Notes under the pieces: generated by a model
What the model saw: the letters and a program-made list of their open reading frames with translations, nothing else
Told to the model about the DNA's origin: nothing
The model's database searches: none
NCBI RefSeq assembly: GCF_042657365.1
Contig: NZ_JBHSKT010000002.1
Span: forward strand, 454,034 to 518,033
Length of the DNA: 64,000 nt
Direction: 5' to 3'
DNA from: Adhaeribacter terreus
GTDB lineage: Bacteria; Bacteroidota; Bacteroidia; Cytophagales; Hymenobacteraceae
In this document: positions 50,782 through 59,896 of the stretch, in pieces
Position numbering within the stretch: position 1 is the first letter of the stretch
Layout: the number at the start of each line of letters is the position of its first letter
Program-made: the position numbers and the translations under genes

Positions 50782-51417
50782 TTATCTTGCTAAACTGTTT
50801 AGATAATCTTGTACTTTTTTTGTGTCGTAATCTGCCATACCATCGTGGCGGGTAGCAATTTTACCGTTCTTATCTAAAATAAAAGTGGTTGGAATTGTCT
50901 GTGTTTGAAACATTGCCGGAACGCTGCCGGCCGGCATATAAACCGGGAATGTATAGTCCTTCTTTGCAATGAATTTCTTCACTTTTGCAATACCTCCTTC
51001 GTCTACAGAAAGCATTACGAAAGCAATGTTTTTGTTCCCTTTCATTTTATCATACAAACCCTGAATTCCAGGCATTTCGGCTACGCAAGGCGGGCACCAG
51101 GTTGCCCAAATATTCAGAAAAATCACTTTGTTTTTCAGGGTACTAAATTTTATTACATTACCGTTCAGGTCCTGCAAAAGAAAGTCCTGAAATACAGATT
51201 CTGAAAATGGTTCGACTGTTGGTGCATTTACATTTATGGGTGCTGTATTTTCATTTTGCGGCTTTAACGTTGGTTGTATAATGCCGGTAGCCAACAAAGC
51301 CCGTTGCACCTGGCCGATGGCTTCGGTATGCAAACCGGTCAGGTATAGAAACCCGAAAATGATAAGCGTATAAACCCAGCCGGGTATGCTTTTTATAGAA
51401 AACTTATCTTTATGCAT
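50782..51417 (-). CDS. TlpA-family thiol:disulfide oxidoreductase (membrane anchored)
   Basis: WATWCPPC. Start chosen at MHKDKF to avoid overlap; the longer ORF runs to 51507. Confidence 0.7.
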   Translation of the reverse strand: MHKDKFSIKSIPGWVYTLIIFGFLYLTGLHTEAIGQVQRALLATGIIQPTLKPQNENTAPINVNAPTVEPFSESVFQDFLLQDLNGNVIKFSTLKNKVIFLNIWATWCPPCVAEMPGIQGLYDKMKGNKNIAFVMLSVDEGGIAKVKKFIAKKDYTFPVYMPAGSVPAMFQTQTIPTTFILDKNGKIATRHDGMADYDTKKVQDYLNSLAR

Positions 51418-51487
51418 GCGTTGTCGTTTTAGAGCAGCCTTTTTAATAGTATAAGTGAAAGTGTTGTAATTGAAATTACGATACTTA

Positions 51488-52450
51488 CTAAACACTGATA
51501 GCGCCATCTAATCCGGATTTTTCCTGATCGTTTAGATCTGTTTCTGCAGCGTGTAATTCCGGTTCGGTAACATTTTCGCCAGAGTTTTTCTCTTTAAAAG
51601 GATACCATTGTTGCTGTAAAAACGAGTTCGGATATTTTTCAACTTCATTAAAACCAAGCTCAATATCGCGGCCATCTTCCGGCATATAAGCAGTTGCGAA
51701 CAAATAATCCCAGAGACTTAAGCTGATACCATAATTTGCTCCGTATTTGCGCGGCATGTGTTTGGCATGATGCCAGATGTGCATTTGCGGATTATTAAAA
51801 ACGTATTTCAGAGGGCCCAAAGGCAACCTGAAATTGGAATGGTTAAAGTGGCCGATAGAAGTTGCAAAAATATGCACCAGGAAAAAATCCTGAATTCCGA
51901 AACCGATCATGGCCAGCGGAATATATTCCAAAACCCGGTAAACTATTGTTTCGCCCCAATGGAAGCGTAAGTGCGCGGCAAAACCCATTTGCTGAACCGA
52001 GTGGTGTACTTTGTGAATTTTCCAGAGAAACGGGGAGCGATGCAGCAAACGGTGAACATTCCATTGAATAAAATCGCGGACGATGAAAAGCGTAAGTAAT
52101 TGCGCCCAAACCGGCCATGATTGCACCTTAAAAGCTACTAAATTCTGTATGCCGAAAAGCGCCAGGAAATCATTAAAAGCCTGAACCCCGATGTTGGAAA
52201 TGGCATTGAAACCGATAAGGGAAAACAGGAAAAAGTTGAAGAACATGTAAAAACCGTCGAGCCAGAAATCCTGCCGGATGCGGGCCTGGTGCTGACGCCA
52301 CGGAGCAACAATTTCGAGCAGCCAGAAAAACAGCGACAAACCAAGCAGCCAGTAGAAATAATTTCCCCAATGCGGGTTCAGAATTTCCCGCCACAGGTAG
52401 CCACCGTAATCGGAGAACGATGCAGTAAATATGTTCCAGTATTTTTCCAT
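51488..52450 (-). CDS. Sterol desaturase / fatty acid hydroxylase superfamily membrane protein
   Basis: Histidine boxes HRLLH, HKVHH and HIWHH. Confidence 0.75.
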   Translation of the reverse strand: MEKYWNIFTASFSDYGGYLWREILNPHWGNYFYWLLGLSLFFWLLEIVAPWRQHQARIRQDFWLDGFYMFFNFFLFSLIGFNAISNIGVQAFNDFLALFGIQNLVAFKVQSWPVWAQLLTLFIVRDFIQWNVHRLLHRSPFLWKIHKVHHSVQQMGFAAHLRFHWGETIVYRVLEYIPLAMIGFGIQDFFLVHIFATSIGHFNHSNFRLPLGPLKYVFNNPQMHIWHHAKHMPRKYGANYGISLSLWDYLFATAYMPEDGRDIELGFNEVEKYPNSFLQQQWYPFKEKNSGENVTEPELHAAETDLNDQEKSGLDGAISV

Positions 52451-52492
52451 GGCTGAATAATTGGGTGGACTTCAAAATCTAAAACAGAGGCT

Positions 52493-52933
52493 TTAATTTT
52501 CTACGGGTAGGCCGGCGTTTTTCAGATCTTCAAAACCTTTGGTATCGTACACTTTTTTAAAACCCAGCTTCTGCATCAACGCTTTCGTTTCACCGCTGCG
52601 GCCGCCCATTGCGCAATATACCAGGTAAGGCTTTTCGCGGTCCAGATCCTGGATCCTGGTTTCAAAATCTGCATCGTATTTATTGAGCAACACGGCATTT
52701 TTCAGGTGACCGCCAGCATATTCTTCCGGCGTGCGCACATCTAAAATTACCAGGTCTTCTTCCTTTTCCAGCAAGGCTTTTGCCTCATCGGTATCAATAG
52801 TTTTTACGGCCTGAACCATACCATTTTCCGTCTGTTCTGTAGTTATCGAAGCGGCAGAAGTTGCCTTATTTGCTTCCTGGTTACAGGCCGAAAAGATCAA
52901 GGGAATGGCAAATATTAAGCAGATCGGTTTCAT
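52493..52933 (-). CDS. Rhodanese-like sulfurtransferase lipoprotein
   Basis: Lipobox FSAC and the active-site CAMGGRS. Confidence 0.8.
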   Translation of the reverse strand: MKPICLIFAIPLIFSACNQEANKATSAASITTEQTENGMVQAVKTIDTDEAKALLEKEEDLVILDVRTPEEYAGGHLKNAVLLNKYDADFETRIQDLDREKPYLVYCAMGGRSGETKALMQKLGFKKVYDTKGFEDLKNAGLPVEN

Positions 52934-53367
52934 AATTTTATGCAGTTTTAGAGTTTAAAGCCCGAATTTAATGATTATTAACGAGTTGGTACAGCCTGAA
53001 CATATAGTCGTGAAGAAGTGTTCCTGGGTGATTTTTGATCCGAACCAGTTTTAAGGCAGAAAAGGATAGCGTTTTGTAAAAGTTAAAATACTTGTGATAA
53101 GGTCCTGGTTTGAAGTTACCTGAGAATATTTCAATTCTTCTTAGCCTGCAATATGAAAAATGCGTAAAGTGCTGAAAGGAAGCTTTATAGATTGTTTTTA
53201 GTGTAATGCATGTTATCAGGCTTTTTGTTTGAAAGCATATTTGAACCGCTTTTTCCTTAAATATTGCTGGTAATGAAGTGTTTATGAAGTGTATTTGCAA
53301 TAAGATACTTGTTTTTTGATACTGAGCCTGTTAGTGAAATGGAATTGAATATTTAACTTTTACAGAG

Positions 53368-53850
53368 ATGAAAAATTTACTCCGCATCCGTTATGTATAT
53401 ATTATAGCGGTGGTTTTCACTTTATTAAATTCAATTTTCTTTCTGATTTCAGGCGTAATAGAATCCGTCCATGGGTTCGAGATATTTTTCAGAAAGCTCC
53501 GGAGCGGTGAGAAAATTTTAATTGGCGTTTATTTTATGGAATCGCTGGATAGGTTTCTTGTAGCCTTTGTATTTATGATCTTCAGTTTAGGTATCTGGAA
53601 ACTATTTTATGTAAAAAACGATCAGGCTGTAGACCTGCCGGCCTGGCTCCAGATAAGTTCTTTAAAAGACCTGAAAATTCTGCTCTGGGAAACAATTATG
53701 GTAACGTTGGTGGTTTTTACAATTTCCATGATCGTGAATACAACTGCGGAAGAAGGTGTCAGTTTAGATAGTTTGGAGTGGAATGCATTGGTGCTTCCGG
53801 CCATCATTCTGACTTTGTCTGTTAGTTTGTATTTTATGCGGAAGGAGTAA
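53368..53850 (+). CDS. YqhA/UPF0114 family membrane protein
   Basis: 160 aa with 4 TM helices and a family-typical N-terminus. Confidence 0.55.
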   Translation: MKNLLRIRYVYIIAVVFTLLNSIFFLISGVIESVHGFEIFFRKLRSGEKILIGVYFMESLDRFLVAFVFMIFSLGIWKLFYVKNDQAVDLPAWLQISSLKDLKILLWETIMVTLVVFTISMIVNTTAEEGVSLDSLEWNALVLPAIILTLSVSLYFMRKE

Positions 53851-54063
53851 ATTCTGCCGGAATGAGTTTTTAGACCCCAAAGCATAGCGTTTTTCTTTCA
53901 GCTAAAATATAATGCAGCAATGGTACAATACAGTTGAAAAGCTATTAAGCAGTTTCGACTTTTTCCATGCTTTTGCCTACCGTTTTTGTAGCTCAATGCG
54001 GTAATTTATTTTGGAATGATCTGTAGTAAAGGAAGCTTGCCTTTGACTTTGGTAACGCAGCCG

Positions 54064-54864
54064 TTAATGGAGGAAAATTTCTTTCAGAATAATATAAACC
54101 CCCATCAGGAGCACAAACCAGCCGAAACCGGTTTTCAGTTTATCGGCATGAATGCGGTGGGAGAGTGCAGAACCTATAAAAATACCAACAACCGAAAGTC
54201 CTGAAAATACAACCAGAAAACTCCAGTCGATGTTGTAATTGAAAATATCGCCTACAAAACCAAACAGCGAATTGGCTGAAATAATTAGCAGGGAAGTACC
54301 CACGGCCATGCGCATATCGAGCTTGCTGAAAAGCACCAGCGCCGGAATAATTAAAAATCCGCCGCCAGCGCCTACCATGCCCGAAATTAAACCAACCGAT
54401 ACGCCCTGAATCAATAAAGCAGGTTTGTTTGGAATGTGATCTTCCTGCTCGGCTGTACTCACAATGTATTTTTGCTTTTTGATCATGCTCATAGAAGCAA
54501 AGATCATCAGCACTGCAAACAAGACCATAAGCAGCAAACCTTTGGTAATATTAAAGGAACCAATCGCAGCAATATGTTCGGGAATTGCCGGTACAATAAA
54601 CCGGCGCGTGAGAAAAACGGTGAGCAGGGAAGGAACCCCGAAAAGGAAAGCGGTTCGGAAACTTACCAGTTCTTTCTGATAAAATTTATAACTGCCTACC
54701 AGACTAGTAGTTCCAACTACAAACAGCGAATAGGCCATAGAAATTACCGGGTTCAGACGCATCAGGTAAACCAGGATCGGTACGGTTAAAATGGAGCCGC
54801 CGCTACCGGTTAGGCCCAGCGTGAGTCCGATCAGCAAAGCAGCAAAGTATCCGAGAATTTCCAT
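54064..54864 (-). CDS. Sulfite exporter TauE/SafE family membrane protein
   Basis: Two DUF81 repeats with the GxGGG motifs. Confidence 0.7.
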   Translation of the reverse strand: MEILGYFAALLIGLTLGLTGSGGSILTVPILVYLMRLNPVISMAYSLFVVGTTSLVGSYKFYQKELVSFRTAFLFGVPSLLTVFLTRRFIVPAIPEHIAAIGSFNITKGLLLMVLFAVLMIFASMSMIKKQKYIVSTAEQEDHIPNKPALLIQGVSVGLISGMVGAGGGFLIIPALVLFSKLDMRMAVGTSLLIISANSLFGFVGDIFNYNIDWSFLVVFSGLSVVGIFIGSALSHRIHADKLKTGFGWFVLLMGVYIILKEIFLH

Positions 54865-55276
54865 AAAATCTAAATAAACTTCCGTCCCAAAATTACCCGG
54901 CAGCAAAGCGGTTTTGGGTAACTATTAGCACGCTGGAATATTGAACTCAAAATTAGTTTTTCTAACTGAAAGGATAGCGTTTTTCTGCTGTTTTATAGTT
55001 TATTGTGTTGTTATTGTTTTTGCCAATTGGTTCTTGAACAACATTGTTCCTGAGGTAATTACTTTTTTGGGTGAAAACCATAGCGTTTTATTTTCGAAAT
55101 ATAACTTTCCATTGAATTTCGAAACGTGCTTTTCGGGTAAAGCACTTGAACTGTTTAGCGAAAAACAGGCTTTTCAACTTCTTAAAGCGTATAGAAAATG
55201 GCTGAATTATGCCCGGCTAACTGCTTCAGGTTTTTATGAAAAGCCGGATTTAACCATCATTTCAAGCCGCAAGACC

Positions 55277-57718
55277 ATGCATTATATCAAGTTTTTGAAT
55301 GAAATAGGGCTGAAAGATCTGGAAGTTGTTGGCGGAAAGAATGCGTCTTTGGGTGAAATGTTCAACCAGCTCGCGCCGGCCGGAATAAACGTGCCCGATG
55401 GTTTTGCAACCACTTCCCGCGCATACTGGGAATTTCTGGAGCAGAACGAGCTAAGTGAACCTCTAGCGCAGATTTTAGCAAAACTCGATCAGGTGAATTT
55501 CAGCAATTTGGCTACTGTGGGAAAACAGGCCCGCGAACTGCTTTTGAACTGTATTCTGCCCGATAATATCAGCGATGCGATTCGAAAAGGCTATGCTTAT
55601 CTGCAGAAAAACTATGGTCCGGATTTTACGCTTGCCGTACGCAGCAGCGCCACCGCCGAAGATCTGCCAAATGCCAGTTTTGCGGGTCTGCAGGAATCTT
55701 TTCTGAACGTTCGGGGCATTGAAAATCTGCTGCAGGCTTGCCATTATTGTTACGTTTCACTGTTTACCGACCGGGCCATAAAATACCGTGTCGATAATGG
55801 TTTTGACCACATTAAAGTGGCGCTTTCCATTGGCGTGCAACTCATGGTGCGTTCCGATCTGGCAAGTTCCGGCGTTATTTTTACCCTCGATCCGGATACC
55901 GGTTTTGAAAATATCGTTTTGATATCGGGTTCCTGGGGCTTGGGAGAAAACGTGGTGCAAGGCCACGTAAATGCCGATGAATTTATGGTTTTCAAATCGA
56001 TGCTTGGCATAGCGAAACAACCCATCATTTCTAGAAAACTGGGCAGCAAATCCAAAACCATGGTATATGCCGATGTGCAGGGAAATACGCTTTTTCATCC
56101 TGCCGAAGCTATTGTAAACCAAGTTACTTCTTCAGAAAAACGGGAACAATTCTGTCTTTCGGATGAAGAAGTAATGAAGCTGGCGGAATGGGCTTGCCTG
56201 ATTGAAAAACACTATGGCCGGCCAATGGACCTGGAGTGGGCGAAAGACGGCAAAACAAACCAGCTTTTTATGGTGCAGGCGCGGCCGGAAACGGTGCAGA
56301 GCAAGCAAAAAAACAAAGTTGAATTTGTACAATACAAACTGCAGGATAAGGGGCAACTTTTATGCAAAGGTATAGGGCTGAGCAACAAGATCGTGAGCGG
56401 AACAGCCCGGATCTTACATGCGCCTTCGGAAATCAATAAACTGCAACAAGGTGAAGTGCTGGTAACGCATAAAACCGACCCCGACTGGGACCCGATCCTG
56501 AAAAAAGCCACGGCCATAATAACTGATCAGGGCGGAAGAACTAGCCATGCGGCTATTGTGGCCCGTGAAGTAGGAGCGGTTGCAGTGGTTGGCTGCGGAA
56601 ATGCCACGCAAAGTATTCAGGATGGACAAATTGTAACGGTAAGTACTGCCGAAAGCGAAACCGGATCTGTGTATGATGGCAAGCTGCCCTGGACCGAAAC
56701 CCGCACCGATCTGGAAACGGTAGTAAAACCGCGCACAAAAGTCATGCTTATTCTCGGCGATCCGGAACAGGCTTTCAAATATTCTTTTCTGCCGAACGAT
56801 GGCGTAGGCCTGATGCGCATGGAATTTATTGTGGCTAATACCATCCGGATTCACCCCATGGCGCTGAAGCATTTTAATAAGCTGGAAAATGCAGAAGCCC
56901 GGAAACAGATAGAAGCATTAACGCACCATTTTCCGGATAAGGAAACGTATTTTGTGCAGCAACTTGCCGAAGCCACCGCCCAGATCGCGGCCGCATTTTA
57001 CCCCAAAGATGTAATTGTGCGCATGAGCGATTTCAAAACAAACGAATACGCAAACCTGATTGGAGGAAAGCAATTTGAATTTACCGAAGCCAATCCGATG
57101 ATCGGCTTTAGGGGTGCTTCGAGGTATTACAATCCGCTTTACCAGGATGGTTTTGAGCTGGAATGCCGGGCCATGAAAAAAGTGCGGGAAGAAATGGGCC
57201 TCAACAATATCAAACTCATGATACCGTTTTGCCGCACCGAAAAAGAAGCTCTGGAAGTAATAGCCCTGATGGAAAAATTCGGGCTGAAGCGCTGCGAAAA
57301 CGGCCTGGAACTTTACATGATGGTGGAAATACCGAGCAACGCACTTTTAGCTGAAACATTTGCCAAACACTTCGACGGTTTTTCTATTGGCTCCAACGAT
57401 CTTACGCAGCTAACTTTAGGCGCCGACCGCGATTCAGAATTGCTCTGCGATATTTTCAGTCCATTCGACCCGGCGGTGCAGCAACTCATCGTGATGACGC
57501 TGGAAAAAGCTAAAAAAACGCACACCAAAACCGGCCTTTGCGGACAAGCCCCTTCCGATTATCCGGAGTATGCAAGTTTTCTGGTGCAGCATGGCATAGA
57601 CAGCGTTTCCTTTAACCCCGATGCGCTTATAAAAGGCATGAAGAATATGGTGAAAGCTGAAAAAGCACTGCATAATAAGCCGCCTTTTCCGGAGGAAGAT
57701 CATAAAATATTGGGTTGA
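55277..57718 (+). CDS. ppsA: Phosphoenolpyruvate synthase (pyruvate, water dikinase)
   Basis: VGGKNASLGEM N-terminus, phospho-His GGRTSHAAIVARE, and a C-terminal PEP-utilising domain. Start placed at MHYIKF; the upstream 112 codons of the track ORF lack homology. Confidence 0.85.
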   Translation: MHYIKFLNEIGLKDLEVVGGKNASLGEMFNQLAPAGINVPDGFATTSRAYWEFLEQNELSEPLAQILAKLDQVNFSNLATVGKQARELLLNCILPDNISDAIRKGYAYLQKNYGPDFTLAVRSSATAEDLPNASFAGLQESFLNVRGIENLLQACHYCYVSLFTDRAIKYRVDNGFDHIKVALSIGVQLMVRSDLASSGVIFTLDPDTGFENIVLISGSWGLGENVVQGHVNADEFMVFKSMLGIAKQPIISRKLGSKSKTMVYADVQGNTLFHPAEAIVNQVTSSEKREQFCLSDEEVMKLAEWACLIEKHYGRPMDLEWAKDGKTNQLFMVQARPETVQSKQKNKVEFVQYKLQDKGQLLCKGIGLSNKIVSGTARILHAPSEINKLQQGEVLVTHKTDPDWDPILKKATAIITDQGGRTSHAAIVAREVGAVAVVGCGNATQSIQDGQIVTVSTAESETGSVYDGKLPWTETRTDLETVVKPRTKVMLILGDPEQAFKYSFLPNDGVGLMRMEFIVANTIRIHPMALKHFNKLENAEARKQIEALTHHFPDKETYFVQQLAEATAQIAAAFYPKDVIVRMSDFKTNEYANLIGGKQFEFTEANPMIGFRGASRYYNPLYQDGFELECRAMKKVREEMGLNNIKLMIPFCRTEKEALEVIALMEKFGLKRCENGLELYMMVEIPSNALLAETFAKHFDGFSIGSNDLTQLTLGADRDSELLCDIFSPFDPAVQQLIVMTLEKAKKTHTKTGLCGQAPSDYPEYASFLVQHGIDSVSFNPDALIKGMKNMVKAEKALHNKPPFPEEDHKILG

Positions 57719-57816
57719 AAACGATATGGTTTTAAGCCTGAAAAGTAGGGGCCGGCGCATTGATCCACTTTTCAAACCTAAGCTTCTTTTAGTTAGAAGA
57801 TACCATTAAATTAAGA

Positions 57817-59616
57817 TCATTTATTCCCTTCCTCCTGAATCTGATAAAGTTCTGCGTAGAGCTTTCCGCGCTTTAGGAGTTCATCGTGTGTTCCTTCTTC
57901 GGCAATTACACCGTTGTTTATAACCAGAATTTTATTGGCTTTTACCAGGTTGCAGAGCCGGTGGGTGATGGTAATAACCGTGCGACCTTTCATTAAATTT
58001 TCCAGCGCATCCATTACGCTTTTTTCTACTTCGGTATCGAGGGAGGCGGTGGGTTCGTCCAGGATCAGGATGGGGGAGTTGCGCACAATGGCCCGGGCTA
58101 TGCCAATGCGCTGGCGTTCGCCGCCGGAAAGCGTCATGCCTCTTTCGCCTACCAAAGTATCGTAACCCAGCGGCAGCCGGCAAATGAAGTCGTGGGCATT
58201 GGCTTTTCCGGCAGCTTCCGTGATTTCATCTTCCGTGGCTTCGGGCCGTCCGTAGGCAATGTTTTCGCGGATGGTGCCATAGAAAAGCACGGTTTCCTGC
58301 AGCACAAAACTGATCTGTATGCGCAGCCCTTCGAGTTTGTAATCTTTAATATCCTTGCCGTCTATCAGGATGCGACCGGCATCGGGTTCATAAAAGCGGG
58401 GAATAAGGCTGGCAATGGTGGTTTTTCCGCTTCCGGTAGGGCCGCAAATGCCAATATGCTGTCCGGCTTCTATGGAAAAACTGATATCTTTCAAAACCTG
58501 ATTAGCTGGAACATAAGCAAAGGCTACGTTCTCGAAAACGATATTTCCTTTTAACTGACCGGGTTCGGTGGCGCCTGGTTTTTCCTTAATTACATTATCG
58601 GTTTCCAGGATCTGCTGAATTCTTTCCAGGGCTACCATTGCCTGCGCAATGTTGGTGGTCATTTTAGCCAGGTTCTTTACCGGGTTGAAAAATTTATTCA
58701 GGTAGGAAAGAAAAACCGTTAAAGCCCCTATGGTCATGGCGCCGCCGATTACCAGCCTTGCCCCGCGCCAGAGCACAAAAGCCGTGCAGGCAGAAACGGT
58801 TAAGGTTACAACCGGCGATATGATGGATTTTACTTTCCGGGCTTTTAATGCGGCCATAATGGTTTCGTAACTAATTCTTTTTAACCGGTCTTCTTCCAGG
58901 TCCTGCCTTCCGAAAGCGTTTATGGCACGCACCGATTCCAGGCCTTGCTGCAGAACCGCTACCATTACGGCCTGGTCTTTTCTTACTTCGTGGGTGGCTT
59001 TTTTTACGGCCGTTTTAAACCGGATCACGAACAATAGCAGGAACGGCGACACCCCGACCAGCATCAGCGTAAAATCCCAGTTCAGGTAAAACATCAGCCC
59101 GAGCATGCCCAAAATAGTAAGCGCATCGATGAGAATACTCAGCAGCGTTTCGGAAGCAAAATCCTGAATGGTAGATACATCGGAAGTAATGGTGCTGAGC
59201 AATTTGCCAACCTGGTGCGTATCGTAATAAGAAAGGGAAAGCCGGAGCAGGTGAAGGTACATTTTCCGGCGGAGATCGTTGGCTACGTATTGCGCCACAC
59301 TTTCGGTAAAATAACTGTTTATATAACTGGCCAGTCCGCCTAAAATGGTAAACACGATCATGGCTATGGCTGCCGCTGCCGCCAGCCGCATTTTGTTTTC
59401 TTCCAGCGAAATTCCTTTAATCCAGGCCAGCCAGTCTGGAAGGCGATGGTCGCCGATCACGTTGTCTATAATTACTTTCAGAGGCCAGGGCGTTGCCAGG
59501 CTCATGGCTGTTTCGGCCAGCATGGCAGCAAAAATGATGAGGAGCCATTTGTAATATGGCTTTACCAAGCTTAATACCAATAAGGTCAGGTTCTGGACAG
59601 GCGGCAGCGCATCCAT
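57817..59616 (-). CDS. ABC transporter ATP-binding/permease fusion (MsbA-like exporter)
   Basis: 6-TM domain plus an NBD with GPTGSGKTT, LSGGERQR and ILILDEPTASLD. Start uncertain; the ORF extends to 59661. Confidence 0.8.
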   Translation of the reverse strand: MDALPPVQNLTLLVLSLVKPYYKWLLIIFAAMLAETAMSLATPWPLKVIIDNVIGDHRLPDWLAWIKGISLEENKMRLAAAAAIAMIVFTILGGLASYINSYFTESVAQYVANDLRRKMYLHLLRLSLSYYDTHQVGKLLSTITSDVSTIQDFASETLLSILIDALTILGMLGLMFYLNWDFTLMLVGVSPFLLLFVIRFKTAVKKATHEVRKDQAVMVAVLQQGLESVRAINAFGRQDLEEDRLKRISYETIMAALKARKVKSIISPVVTLTVSACTAFVLWRGARLVIGGAMTIGALTVFLSYLNKFFNPVKNLAKMTTNIAQAMVALERIQQILETDNVIKEKPGATEPGQLKGNIVFENVAFAYVPANQVLKDISFSIEAGQHIGICGPTGSGKTTIASLIPRFYEPDAGRILIDGKDIKDYKLEGLRIQISFVLQETVLFYGTIRENIAYGRPEATEDEITEAAGKANAHDFICRLPLGYDTLVGERGMTLSGGERQRIGIARAIVRNSPILILDEPTASLDTEVEKSVMDALENLMKGRTVITITHRLCNLVKANKILVINNGVIAEEGTHDELLKRGKLYAELYQIQEEGNK

Positions 59617-59896
59617 TTCAGGATCTGGTACATGGTGCCTGCATGGGGAGTTTTTGCGCATGAAACCCTATCGTTTTTTGTTTGGATTGCCCCTTTTGTG
59701 CGTGTTCAGTTGGGTAATTATTTGTTTATACGGATTAAAAATGGGCAGGAAATTTTTGTTTAATTCCGGCAATTTTGATAAATAAACCGAAGGCCAAGGC
59801 TTTACTTTTTTATGCCTAAATTATAGCGTTTTAAGAATGGGAAGCTTTTGGGGTTCGGCCGGTATTACCTGTAAATAGACAGCCACAAGGCTGAAA

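Noticed and set aside
52968-53300. 110-aa minus-strand ORF in an AT-rich spacer
   Set aside because: Low-complexity composition with no motif. It sits in an intergenic region carrying motif copies, so it is likely non-coding.
54941-55276. N-terminal 112-codon extension of the ppsA ORF (MNSKLVFLTERIAFF...)
   Set aside because: It has no PpsA homology, is hydrophobic junk-like, and contains two intergenic motif copies. The true start is the ATG at 55277, before the conserved VGGKNASLGEM.
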